Shown: positions 37,428 to 46,583 of the stretch, in pieces
How positions within the stretch are numbered: position 1 is the stretch's first letter
Layout: every line of letters starts with the position of its first letter
Origin: Candidatus Heimdallarchaeota archaeon
GTDB lineage: Archaea > Asgardarchaeota > Heimdallarchaeia > Hodarchaeales > Hodarchaeaceae
Length of the DNA: 64,000 nucleotides
Reading direction: 5' to 3'
Assembly: GCA_048881705.1 (NCBI GenBank)
Contig: JBHLSH010000002.1
Coordinates: 82,109 to 146,108, forward strand
Translations under genes and position numbers: made by a program
Notes under the pieces: model-generated
Database searches by the model: none
The model's input: only the letters and a program-made list of their open reading frames with translations
What the model was told of the DNA's origin: nothing

Positions 37428-38799
37428 CTTTGTTCATATTCTTCTCAAATTCCGCATACCAGGCAGGGTAGTCAGAAGGATGAGTAGGATACCTGGCAAA
37501 AAGGTTTTCAAAAAACTGGACGCCTTTCGAGATTTTTCGTAACTCCCACAAGATTAAGTAACGGGGAAAAGCTTTGATCGCAATCCACAACATCTCTAGT
37601 TTACTTAATTTTTCTCCTGCATGAAGATTGATAAATTGGTCTTGATCTAGAATTTTTCTTTTCAGAAAAAATTCCAAACCACGAACCTTAATTCGCCGTA
37701 GGGCTGCGGTAAAAAGTTGAATTTTTGTATGACTTAATCCGAAATGCTGCATGATGTTTACGTTATACTCCCACAGTGCTTCCTCGGAAACATCTCCTTT
37801 TTCAATCGCTTTAGCTGCAACGGTCCCAGCATAGTATCCAGCAACCAGCGCGGGCCCGTGACCCTCTGCAGATAGCGGATTAACATGAAATGCTGCATCA
37901 CCTGCCGCCATAAAGCCTGGAGCTACCGCATTCGTCATTGGGTAACGAGTAGGGATCCAATAGCCACCCGTGTGCTCCAGTTCATAAGATCCGGGGGGAT
38001 AATACTTGTGCAAAACCTCACGATAGTGAGATTTCATGCCGCGCTCAGCCTTAGTGTCCATAAACCATCCGATCCCGCAATTAAGCCTCTTCTCGCCTTT
38101 CGAAAAAATCCAAAAATAACCTGGTTCCGGGATTGTATCCTCATAAATCAGATATATCTCATGACGGAAAGGATTATCCTCTTTTGTTGTGATAATCTCT
38201 CGATACGACCCCGCAATATCGCGTCTATCCATTTCTTTTTCTAAGTGGGGAAATTGGTTCTGAGGGATAGTTTTACGAACCTGATAGTTACGTCCTGAGC
38301 AGTCAATTGTTACCTTTGCTCGAATTTCATACTCTTCATTGGTTATCCTGTCCTTGACGATAGCACCCTGAACAGATCCATTTTCTACAATGGCTGATTT
38401 AACCTTGGTTTGGGATATGATGGTTGTACCGTACTCTTCCGCCTTTTTCAACAAACGTTGACCATAAGGATGACGGTTTAGGACATACCCATCGCCAACC
38501 AGGGGAAAATCCACACGGGGAGTCCTGAAGATGAGTCGCTCAACAGTATCCGCTACTTCTTCCCCGTGGGGTTTTTCAATCCCCAGTTTTTCTTCGAGAA
38601 ACTTGACTGGCCCCAAATCCAATGCATCCCCACACACTTTATTGCCAATTTCATCATGTGTCTTCGCATCAATTAAAGTGACCTGTCTGCCAGCCTTCGC
38701 CCCGGTAATCGCTGAAATGACTCCAGCAGGTCCCCCACCGACCACAAGAATTTCTGTTTCGATCATGTGAGCCGCATCCATTCCATAGGAGGAGACCAA
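37393..38799 (-). CDS. Geranylgeranyl reductase family flavoprotein (DGGGPL-reductase-like)
   Basis: VGGGPAG, IDCSG, PGYFWIFSKG, AAGDAAFHVNPLSAEGH. Confidence 0.9.
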   Translation of the reverse strand: MVSSYGMDAAHMIETEILVVGGGPAGVISAITGAKAGRQVTLIDAKTHDEIGNKVCGDALDLGPVKFLEEKLGIEKPHGEEVADTVERLIFRTPRVDFPLVGDGYVLNRHPYGQRLLKKAEEYGTTIISQTKVKSAIVENGSVQGAIVKDRITNEEYEIRAKVTIDCSGRNYQVRKTIPQNQFPHLEKEMDRRDIAGSYREIITTKEDNPFRHEIYLIYEDTIPEPGYFWIFSKGEKRLNCGIGWFMDTKAERGMKSHYREVLHKYYPPGSYELEHTGGYWIPTRYPMTNAVAPGFMAAGDAAFHVNPLSAEGHGPALVAGYYAGTVAAKAIEKGDVSEEALWEYNVNIMQHFGLSHTKIQLFTAALRRIKVRGLEFFLKRKILDQDQFINLHAGEKLSKLEMLWIAIKAFPRYLILWELRKISKGVQFFENLFARYPTHPSDYPAWYAEFEKNMNKARFQNSELAEV

Positions 38800-39004
38800 T
38801 ACCCAGATTAAAAACGCTAAGCTTTGATATCTTAAGTATCACACTTGGGATCTTAAAGAGATCCACTCCCATGGAGGAAGAACGGGATCCCCTACTCAGT
38901 TTCAAAAATCACGGAAACTCGCAATACCGATTCCGTCCGTACTCTCCCGTAGATAACAAATTACCAAGTTTATAGAACCACTTTGATTTCATAAATGTAC
39001 CCTG

Positions 39005-39505
39005 TTAAACCTTTTTCTTTCTTGATAAGGAAATTAACGGAAACCATCTGTGTACCGAAACTTTGTATAGGGAATACTCAGCTCCCAAAACGTTCTCAAG
39101 CTCCTTTTCCTCATAACTTGCAATAATATCATACAAAACCAGTGAAAAGGCCAAAGGAATTAAGGAAATCAATGACATTGACAAAATTGAGAAAGAAAGG
39201 TAGATTAGCAATGTCCCACCATACATAGGATGCCGTAAATAACCATATACCCCATCTGTGACGATTGAAGTAGGTACAGTTGCCAAGACATTGTCATGGG
39301 AGGCCTTAATAAAAATTCCACCCCCTATAAAGCCTAAACAGAATAAAAGCAAACTTATTATTGGTGGAATGAATCCTGAGAGGGTCATTTTCAAAACAAA
39401 TGTATCTAAAATCCATACACCGAAGAAGAGAATGAAACAAAAAAGCTGAATCTGATGACCTTTGGGATGTTCCGTACCAAGACCATGGGAGCTTTCTTTG
39501 TTCAT
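39005..39505 (-). CDS. Isoprenylcysteine carboxyl methyltransferase / PEMT family membrane methyltransferase
   Basis: GVYGYLRHPMY and EEKELENVLGAEYSLYK motifs; several TM helices. Confidence 0.88.
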   Translation of the reverse strand: MNKESSHGLGTEHPKGHQIQLFCFILFFGVWILDTFVLKMTLSGFIPPIISLLLFCLGFIGGGIFIKASHDNVLATVPTSIVTDGVYGYLRHPMYGGTLLIYLSFSILSMSLISLIPLAFSLVLYDIIASYEEKELENVLGAEYSLYKVSVHRWFPLISLSRKKKV

Positions 39506-39813
39506 ATGAATCCAACGTGGCAGGTTTTAGAGCTTTTAATGGATGTTTCAAGGTTTAAATGCCCATGATTTTAAAAATTCCCATATAACCGCCCAAATTG
39601 ATTGAATATCTAAATAAACTAACCAAATTATCTTATTCCCTTGGTTTAGGATCATTGCCTATTTTAAAGAATGATTATTTCTCGCATAACCCATACAATG
39701 AACCAGTAACAATTTCTATCGGAAATCATAATATCATTTTCATCATCTGTCTTAGCATGCTGAAAGACGGGTAAAAGAAGATCAAGGATACGCAAAAGCT
39801 GGATGTATTCAAT

Positions 39814-41679
39814 ATGGCAACTTCAACTCTGGGTGGCGTTCAAACTCCCCGACCCTTGGCTAACATAGTCGTCCAGCTAGCATTTCGGCATTACCTTAAG
39901 CAAATTGGCCCTAAATCTCCGAATTTCGATACGACGAGAAAAATCCCCTTTTTTTCCAAATTGGGATCGAAAATGGAAGACCATCTCCGCATGGCGAAAA
40001 TCCTCGACCTAGGAATGGGCAAAGGAAGCTTTCTGCTTTCGGCTGGAGCTATTTTGGAGCGAATGTTCACGACCAAATTACGGAACCCCAAACACGATCT
40101 AGCTAAAATCCGAAAAGATATCCTAATTCGTAATCTATGGGGAGTCGATGGTAATAAAGAGCGTGTAAATGATTGTAGACAGAACCTTACAGCCTGGATA
40201 GGTAGCGATATTGGAGAAGTTGCAGCACATTTGATGGAAAAAACCAAGATCGGAAATGTATTGATTGGTCGAACCGCTGCGAAGACTGACAATATTTCCC
40301 ATTCATTCGGCCAGATTGATAGTGATTATCCTGCAAGTTTTCACTGGGATGAGGAGTTTCCAACTGTCTTCAACCAAAAAAACCCAGGATTTGATATCAT
40401 AATATGTAATCCCCCATATGTTACCAAAAAATTGTCACCAGAATCCATTCGTGTCTATAGGTCTTTGTATGGTCAGATGTTATTCAATCGATTTAACCTC
40501 TACCATCTATTTTTTGCTCGTATGAAGGATTTAATGAATCCACAGGGAATAGCGGTTTTCCTGACGGCAAACTCAGTATTAACGGATAAATACAGTCTGA
40601 ACCTTAGAAAGTTCTTGAAAGAATCTTTTGAGATTCTTGGCTTGGTTGATTTTGTAAGTCGGAATCTGTTTCCCAAGATTCTTCAAGGTGTGTGTATTAT
40701 TGCACTAGGTTTCAAAGATGGACAAAAACGATCCTCTTCCCCGCCATTAACCCAAGTGTTTCAAACCTTCGATGCGAACACATTCCATACGGGTAAATTC
40801 AAGTGTGGAGCAATTCGAGAACCCCATTTGTTCTTCCAAGGAAAGATTATTCCAAGTCCTGATAAAAACAGTTTCAGAATCTTGCGATATCTTCAAAAAA
40901 CCTGTGTGCCTGCAAGAAAACTCTTCAAAATCCAATCTGGAGAAATCCGTCCTGCGGATCCGAAGATCCGCCCTTTTTATTTTAGGGGGTTCCCTCAAGA
41001 TTGCAAACCATTCGCCTTTGACCCCGTCTTAAACGGCAAAAATGTAGGCCCTTTTCTAGTTAATTTATCAAAAAGCCGCCCCAAATCCAGATGGTTTCAA
41101 CCACCACTGGTAAAGGGCGAGAATCCAATTTTTCGCTCCCAACATGCGTTCATGGAACGGATTGTATTCCAACGTATCACAGCTCGGGAGCAACTTCGAC
41201 GACTGGTCGCTGCCATGATCGACCGAGATCACCTCTCTCGTCATCCAGTGTGGGTGGAAAACAACCTTAATTACCTCCTTCTTCCCTCCCACAAAGAGGA
41301 ATTTACGGCCGAATTCCTATTAGGAATTTTCAATTCCATTTTGCTTAATTGGTATCTTCATCAAATTAATTTGACTGCCGCAGTACCACCATCAGATATC
41401 GGACTTCTCCCATTACCTTCGAGGCAGAATCTGGACGTCTCACTAATATCTCAAATCGAAAACACCGTTATACAGATTACAAAACAACTCAAGAAGGTTG
41501 ATTCTGGACAGCAAAGACTTGGAAACCTATGTCCAGTTTGCAGGGGACATAATTCTATTGAGCAGCTCCGAGAATCTTTAGATAGGCTCGTATTTCAACT
41601 CTATGGCCTTTCCTTGTCTGACCAAACTCTGGTTACTAGTCAGATGGGCGAACTACACACCTACTTTGGACATCATTAA
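39814..41679 (+). CDS. N6-adenine DNA methyltransferase, Eco57I/TaqI-like (gamma class) with C-terminal TRD; no nuclease domain
   Basis: Motif I DLGMGKGSFL, LWGVD, FHWDEEFP, FDIIICNPPY; TRD-like LLGIFNSILLNWY..IGLLPLP. Confidence 0.85.
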   Translation: MATSTLGGVQTPRPLANIVVQLAFRHYLKQIGPKSPNFDTTRKIPFFSKLGSKMEDHLRMAKILDLGMGKGSFLLSAGAILERMFTTKLRNPKHDLAKIRKDILIRNLWGVDGNKERVNDCRQNLTAWIGSDIGEVAAHLMEKTKIGNVLIGRTAAKTDNISHSFGQIDSDYPASFHWDEEFPTVFNQKNPGFDIIICNPPYVTKKLSPESIRVYRSLYGQMLFNRFNLYHLFFARMKDLMNPQGIAVFLTANSVLTDKYSLNLRKFLKESFEILGLVDFVSRNLFPKILQGVCIIALGFKDGQKRSSSPPLTQVFQTFDANTFHTGKFKCGAIREPHLFFQGKIIPSPDKNSFRILRYLQKTCVPARKLFKIQSGEIRPADPKIRPFYFRGFPQDCKPFAFDPVLNGKNVGPFLVNLSKSRPKSRWFQPPLVKGENPIFRSQHAFMERIVFQRITAREQLRRLVAAMIDRDHLSRHPVWVENNLNYLLLPSHKEEFTAEFLLGIFNSILLNWYLHQINLTAAVPPSDIGLLPLPSRQNLDVSLISQIENTVIQITKQLKKVDSGQQRLGNLCPVCRGHNSIEQLRESLDRLVFQLYGLSLSDQTLVTSQMGELHTYFGHH

Positions 41680-41837
41680 ATATCTAATAAAAGCATGGTA
41701 TTTACTGGAAGAAAGGAACGATAAGTTCCATTAAGTTTTTAACCTACTGAAAAGAGAGAAGATTGTATTGCTACTAATCAGGGCATCTTTGCCAGACCAG
41801 TTATGGAACCTGACCAAATCAGGAGGAAAATGAGAAT

Positions 41838-42881
41838 TTGCTTTCTTCCCGTCGCTTGTATTTAAATAACTGGGCCATTCTTACCAAACAAGGGGAAGTC
41901 CAATGGCACTTTGGCGATGTGGAAAACGAAGACAAGTTACTCCAAACAGCAGACTTTGTTACCGCCTTGACTAAGTTAGGTGACCAAATATTGGGTCAGG
42001 GTGTCGGTATTGTCCGGCTTCGGTACCCCCGCCCTCATCCTACCCAAGCAAACCAGATTCTAATAGTAAATCTACTCGACCAGTACAGTATCGTTGTTTC
42101 TGATCCATTAGTAACAACCAGACTCATGCATAAAATCGAACTGGATCAAGCTCACCTGGATGACATGCGAAGTATTTTGGCAGGATCAGCAGCTGTGATC
42201 TATTCTCAATTTTATTCCAGTAATGGATCCAAACCAGTTTTAAGCAGAAGCGACGTTGATTCGCTCTTCCATGAAGCCATCAATGCTGTGACCTACAATA
42301 CAGATCAGGTGACAGTGGGGAACGGTGAATGTTCATTCAGTGCATTAACACTGGAAGAACTCCTCTTTTTTCACGCCCTCATCAGAGAATTGTTGGAATC
42401 ATATGCGATTCGATTCAAAAGCAAACCTTGGGGAATTATCCACGGAAAGGCAGGTGTTCCAATATATTTAGAGTATCAACCACCGGCTGATTCCGCAATT
42501 ATTTCCGCTTTTGCTTCGGTTATCGTCAATTATTGCTACCTCCTTTTTCAGGCTTACCCCGCACGCCTTGTCTTTGGGGCCCATTCAATGGAGTCTATGG
42601 ATTTCATTGCCACAGACCAAACGGTTTTTGTTACAAATTCTCCAAGTCAATTGTTACGACTTCAACGATTTGTACGTCTATGGAGACAAGTCCCAGCCAA
42701 TGTTGTCACCGACCTTGCCGAACCAATGAAAGAATATTTCATCAAACTTGCTCTACGTGAAGAACGAGAGAAGCTTAAGAAATTTGAATTATATCGAGTT
42801 ATAAATAGATTAACGAAAATGGGAATAAGACGTGCCCGTGATTACCGTTTACCGAGAAAACTAATATTAGAGGACGACTAA
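41838..42881 (+). CDS. Hypothetical protein with two probable longin-like domains
   Basis: WAILTKQGEVQW..FVTALTKLGDQIL and WGIIHGKAGVPIY..SAIISAFASVIVNY follow the beta-beta-alpha-beta-beta-beta longin pattern. Confidence 0.55.
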   Translation: MLSSRRLYLNNWAILTKQGEVQWHFGDVENEDKLLQTADFVTALTKLGDQILGQGVGIVRLRYPRPHPTQANQILIVNLLDQYSIVVSDPLVTTRLMHKIELDQAHLDDMRSILAGSAAVIYSQFYSSNGSKPVLSRSDVDSLFHEAINAVTYNTDQVTVGNGECSFSALTLEELLFFHALIRELLESYAIRFKSKPWGIIHGKAGVPIYLEYQPPADSAIISAFASVIVNYCYLLFQAYPARLVFGAHSMESMDFIATDQTVFVTNSPSQLLRLQRFVRLWRQVPANVVTDLAEPMKEYFIKLALREEREKLKKFELYRVINRLTKMGIRRARDYRLPRKLILEDD

Positions 42882-42897
42882 ACGTGAACCCTTTTTT

Positions 42898-43068
42898 CTA
42901 GTATTCTTCTTCCTGCCCAATTTCCCTGCCGCATCGTGAACAACGGTAAATGAGGAATTCATCATACTCTCGTTTTGCGTGCTCTCCTTTCTTCCCTTTG
43001 ATGATTTTTGTGGTAATTGGCCTGTAAGAATGTCCGAAAAGCATGCAGATGAGTCCCAAGTTTAACAC
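42898..43068 (-). CDS. 56-aa zinc-finger protein (C-x3-G-H ... C-x2-C, DUF1660-like); not in the ORF track
   Basis: Hand translation from GTG 43068: MLNLGLICMLFGHSYRPITTKIIKGKKGEHAKREYDEFLIYRCSRCGREIGQEEEY*. Starts 10 bp after the ybaK stop on the same strand. Confidence 0.75.
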   Translation of the reverse strand: MLNLGLICMLFGHSYRPITTKIIKGKKGEHAKREYDEFLIYRCSRCGREIGQEEEY

Positions 43069-43078
43069 ACGCTTTTTT

Positions 43079-43534
43079 TCAAATGGGTATTGAAATGTCA
43101 GCGATTAACGGATGCGTACAGTCAAGAAGCTCCGATAACGTAATTTTAAGATTGGCAAAAGGGGCTCCTCCACCAGCATAGAGGATTTGTTGATTAATAA
43201 CCAGTTCATCCATTATAACAGGTAGAGGGATACTTATTGGCGGCACATCTCCCACATCATATCCTGTCTGTTTTTTAACCTGTTCAGGGTTCGCTAATCT
43301 TATGTCTTTTACATTAAGCAGTTTTTTGAGTTTTCTCGTTTTGATTTTTCGATCACCTTGGAGTATAACTAGATAGAAGTCATCAGTATTTGTAACAACG
43401 ACAATTGATTTTATGATATCTTCAGGATCGCAACCTAATGCGACCAAGCTTTCCTCAACTGTTGAAGATGGTGTGTTCAACTGAATGATTTCCGCAGATA
43501 GTCCATTGTTATCAATGAATTCTTGGAGCCGCAT
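43079..43534 (-). CDS. ybaK: YbaK/EbsC family aminoacyl-tRNA deacylase
   Basis: IIKSIV, TGYDVGDVPP, YAGGG motifs. Confidence 0.85.
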   Translation of the reverse strand: MRLQEFIDNNGLSAEIIQLNTPSSTVEESLVALGCDPEDIIKSIVVVTNTDDFYLVILQGDRKIKTRKLKKLLNVKDIRLANPEQVKKQTGYDVGDVPPISIPLPVIMDELVINQQILYAGGGAPFANLKITLSELLDCTHPLIADISIPI

Positions 43535-43598
43535 CCTACTTCCTCATCTGTTGTAAATCGCTTTAGTTCAGGCGTGACGCTTACTTGAGCGTTTTACC

Positions 43599-44204
43599 TT
43601 GAATAAAATATATTTTTGTCATATACTCAGTTCCCTGCCTAGGTGGTGGTTAACAGTGCTGCAAAACGATAGAGTGCTATTACGTGGCCTAGAGCTCACT
43701 GATGTAGATGAACTGATGAAACACTGGAACAAAAGAGAAGTCAAGAAGTATCTCAATAAAAAGGTACCCCATAGCAGAGAAGAGGAACTAGAGTGGATTC
43801 GTCAAACCTGGGAACTTCGCCGAAAGGGAGATGCATACATATTCGCCATCATCCTAAGATCGAAGGATCTTTACATTGGAAACGTAGAGCTCAGCATTCA
43901 AAACAAAATCAGTCGACGTGGCGTTATTGGGATTGCGATCTTTAATCCATCATTTTGGAATCAGGGCATAGGAAGTGAAACTCTGCGCGAAATTCTAAGG
44001 TTTGGATTTCAGGACCTTAATTTACACTCAATTGAGCTAGAGGTTTTCTCGATAAATCAAAGAGCTTTGACCTGCTATCGAAAAGTCGGATTTCGTGAGT
44101 CAGGAAGACGACGTCAAGCTGTGTTTATTGAAGGAGAGTACGTAGATTCAATTGTAATGGATATAGTGGCTGCTGAGTGGCCCCTAAATCAGGTTGGAAC
44201 ATAA
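43599..44204 (+). CDS. GNAT acetyltransferase, RimJ/RimL family (true start likely about 43656)
   Basis: FWNQGIGSE, LNLHSIELEV, NQRALTCYRKVGFRESG. Confidence 0.9.
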   Translation: MNKIYFCHILSSLPRWWLTVLQNDRVLLRGLELTDVDELMKHWNKREVKKYLNKKVPHSREEELEWIRQTWELRRKGDAYIFAIILRSKDLYIGNVELSIQNKISRRGVIGIAIFNPSFWNQGIGSETLREILRFGFQDLNLHSIELEVFSINQRALTCYRKVGFRESGRRRQAVFIEGEYVDSIVMDIVAAEWPLNQVGT

Positions 44205-44227
44205 GGAAAGGTACAGATCCTACCGTT

Positions 44228-45088
44228 TTAGGATCTAATCATACCTCCTATTGCGGTGACTTCGATTCCTTCTTCCTCTAAATTGTCCAAAAAAGGATTT
44301 ATCCCGATCGAATCCGATGCAAGATGTCCGGTAATCATTAATTGTCCGTATTCTAGGGCTAAAATCCGCGATAGCTCTGTTGGCGCAATATGGATATATA
44401 TCACCGTGTCAATGTGATTCTGAAAGTACAAATTGGCAATCGAAAAACCTCCGTTTGTAAGGGCACCGTGACTAAACACCCATTTTCCAATACCCTGATT
44501 AGAATCACCTTTGATGACTTCAATTTTTGTTTTAGCTTTTTGAAACTCTGGAAACGTTGTCTCAAGTAACGAGGCAACAGACTGAAGACTAGGATCGGTT
44601 TCTTTCTCCATGAAGTCCTCAATGGCTTGACCTATCAATCTTCTCCCCAATTCATCAGATGGACAATGAATGTTCAGGAACGGCATTCCAATCAGCTGGG
44701 CAAATGTAGGGATTGCAGCATAATTCCGAGCATGAGCCCCCACCTTTAGCGATCGCAATTTTTCTTCAACGACCTTTCGGGCCTCCTCTTGTGGGACACC
44801 TTTTTCGACAAGTTGGTCCTGATGTCTTCTGAAGACCTTATAGTACTCCACAAGCCCAACAGGGTGATGTGCAATGACTGCATCATACCCAGCGTTTTTT
44901 GCGTAATATATCTCTGTTGGCCCAATATCTATTCCATATAGAACTCTCTGAATATCGCTTCCCGGGACATGCACTGCCGAGTCGGAGGGAAGTTTCTCCA
45001 TATTGACTAGATCAAGAGCAATTTTGATGATTCTATCAGTATTCAATTCATAAACACCTTTATTGGATAATAAACTAATAAAGTTCAC
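44228..45088 (-). CDS. NIF3-like (DUF34) dinuclear metal protein
   Basis: YGID, IAHHP, NIHCPSDE and GHLASDSIG metal-ligand pattern. Confidence 0.8.
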   Translation of the reverse strand: MNFISLLSNKGVYELNTDRIIKIALDLVNMEKLPSDSAVHVPGSDIQRVLYGIDIGPTEIYYAKNAGYDAVIAHHPVGLVEYYKVFRRHQDQLVEKGVPQEEARKVVEEKLRSLKVGAHARNYAAIPTFAQLIGMPFLNIHCPSDELGRRLIGQAIEDFMEKETDPSLQSVASLLETTFPEFQKAKTKIEVIKGDSNQGIGKWVFSHGALTNGGFSIANLYFQNHIDTVIYIHIAPTELSRILALEYGQLMITGHLASDSIGINPFLDNLEEEGIEVTAIGGMIRS

Positions 45089-45868
45089 TTAAATAGGTGA
45101 TTTAGCAACAGATCTGTTTTTAATATGAGATATCTTCTCTTGAAGCCGCACACGACTAGGATCTTCTTCAAATAGCATCCCATACTGACAGACAGACCGA
45201 AGAGTGCACACATCACATTTTGGATCATGTTTTTGGCATGTATTCTGACAATGGACTACAATTAAGGCATGAAATCGCCCGAGAACGAGGGAATCCCGTG
45301 GTAGTTCTTGCTGGATCTCAGCTTGAATCTTCTCATAGTTCAGCTTGAGGTATACCTCTTTTAGGTGATAACGTGCAAGAAATCTCCTGGTATAAGTTCC
45401 AACAACAGAAATTGGTTGTTGAAAGCAATAAAGGAGAATAGAGTCAGCTGTTTCTTTTCCAATTCCTGGACAGTTGAGTAGAGTGTCTCGGGTAGGGGGT
45501 AACATTAAATCTGAAAACGAAAGTAATAGTCGAGATAAAGCTTGAAGATAGCTCGCCTTTTGTTTATAGAACCCTGCTGGTTTAATCAGATATTCAATTT
45601 TTTCTGATTTTAAAGAAGTTAGATCTTCAAAAGAGTGGATATTAGCCTGATACAGATTTTCAATCGCCCTATCGACATTTCTCCAATTAGTATTTTGAAC
45701 TAGAATGGTTCCAATGGCTACTTCAAATATTTCTTCAGCGGTTTTGCTGCTTTTGATCCAAAGTTCCCAGGTATCATGGTGTGGATCGAGACGATGATAT
45801 TGTCGGTTAAGCATTTCAAAAAGGTTTGAATAATTCGGCCTTTGTTGTTTGGCTGGTTCATTCTTCAT
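45089..45868 (-). CDS. Endonuclease III-related HhH-GPD DNA glycosylase with Fe-S cluster motif; catalytic Asp replaced by Gly
   Basis: ILVQNTNWRNV, PGIGKETADSILLY, VVGTYTRR, C-x6-C-x2-C-x5-C. Confidence 0.85.
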   Translation of the reverse strand: MKNEPAKQQRPNYSNLFEMLNRQYHRLDPHHDTWELWIKSSKTAEEIFEVAIGTILVQNTNWRNVDRAIENLYQANIHSFEDLTSLKSEKIEYLIKPAGFYKQKASYLQALSRLLLSFSDLMLPPTRDTLLNCPGIGKETADSILLYCFQQPISVVGTYTRRFLARYHLKEVYLKLNYEKIQAEIQQELPRDSLVLGRFHALIVVHCQNTCQKHDPKCDVCTLRSVCQYGMLFEEDPSRVRLQEKISHIKNRSVAKSPI

Positions 45869-45970
45869 TAAGAAGACCCATTCATGTCTAGTGTCAAATT
45901 AATTTCGCCGGAAAATTCGGAAAAAGTTTCTAGTTTAGCTTAAGTAGTTGGTAAAAGCAATCATAATTGT

Positions 45971-46390
45971 ATGTCTCGACCCACTTCCTCCTCAAAGGCA
46001 GATCGTCTGAAGGATCTTGCTTGGGAAATTCTGTGTGTATCTGCGTTCCGGCAGTCAGAGAGACAAAGTTTAAACCTAATAATTACCCTTTCTGGTGTTT
46101 CCAGTCAAGAAGAAGCATCGGAACTCCTTTCACATTTATTCCGGCTTGTAAGAAAAGGAACTATTTACATCCCTGAGGCGAGGCTAGAGATCTTCAAAGA
46201 AGCTCCCGAACGTGTAGACGTTTATTTAACTCGTAACTTTCATGAAACAATGCGAGACCTGGGTGACGAACTCAGGAAATTACACATCACGCTAGATAAT
46301 ATCGAAGAGGAGTTACCCCAAATTCCTCAAAAAGTGTTAATTGATCTGAAGAACCAAGCACTGGGAAAGTATATCGACTTTGTCAAATAA
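45971..46390 (+). CDS. Hypothetical protein, 139 aa
   Basis: Plausible ATG-initiated ORF filling the intergenic space and followed by a strong hairpin; no recognised motif. Confidence 0.6.
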   Translation: MSRPTSSSKADRLKDLAWEILCVSAFRQSERQSLNLIITLSGVSSQEEASELLSHLFRLVRKGTIYIPEARLEIFKEAPERVDVYLTRNFHETMRDLGDELRKLHITLDNIEEELPQIPQKVLIDLKNQALGKYIDFVK

Positions 46391-46393
46391 GGC

Positions 46394-46437
46394 AGGGAAG
46401 CAGGAAGAGCACGGGCAGGTTGCCTTCTTGTTTCCCT
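46394..46437 (+). terminator. 14-bp stem-loop immediately after the stop of 45971-46390
   Basis: AGGGAAGCAGGAAG pairs with CTTCTTGTTTCCCT. Both mismatches are G-U on the + strand. Confidence 0.55.
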
Positions 46438-46583
46438 ATAAATTAAAGCCCTAATTCGATCTTAATTCTTCCAATAACTTATCAGTATATTCCGTCAATT
46501 TCGTTTTGTTTCTCATAAAGGAACGGGGTTTCAGCTAAAAACAGTTAAAATTCACTCTCCTTTGATCCTCTACTTGCGCAAAA

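Noticed and set aside
39005-39505. ICMT as evidence of eukaryote-like CAAX processing of GTPases
   Set aside because: The ICMT/PEMT family is widespread in prokaryotes; no prenyltransferase subunits or CAAX substrates are seen here.
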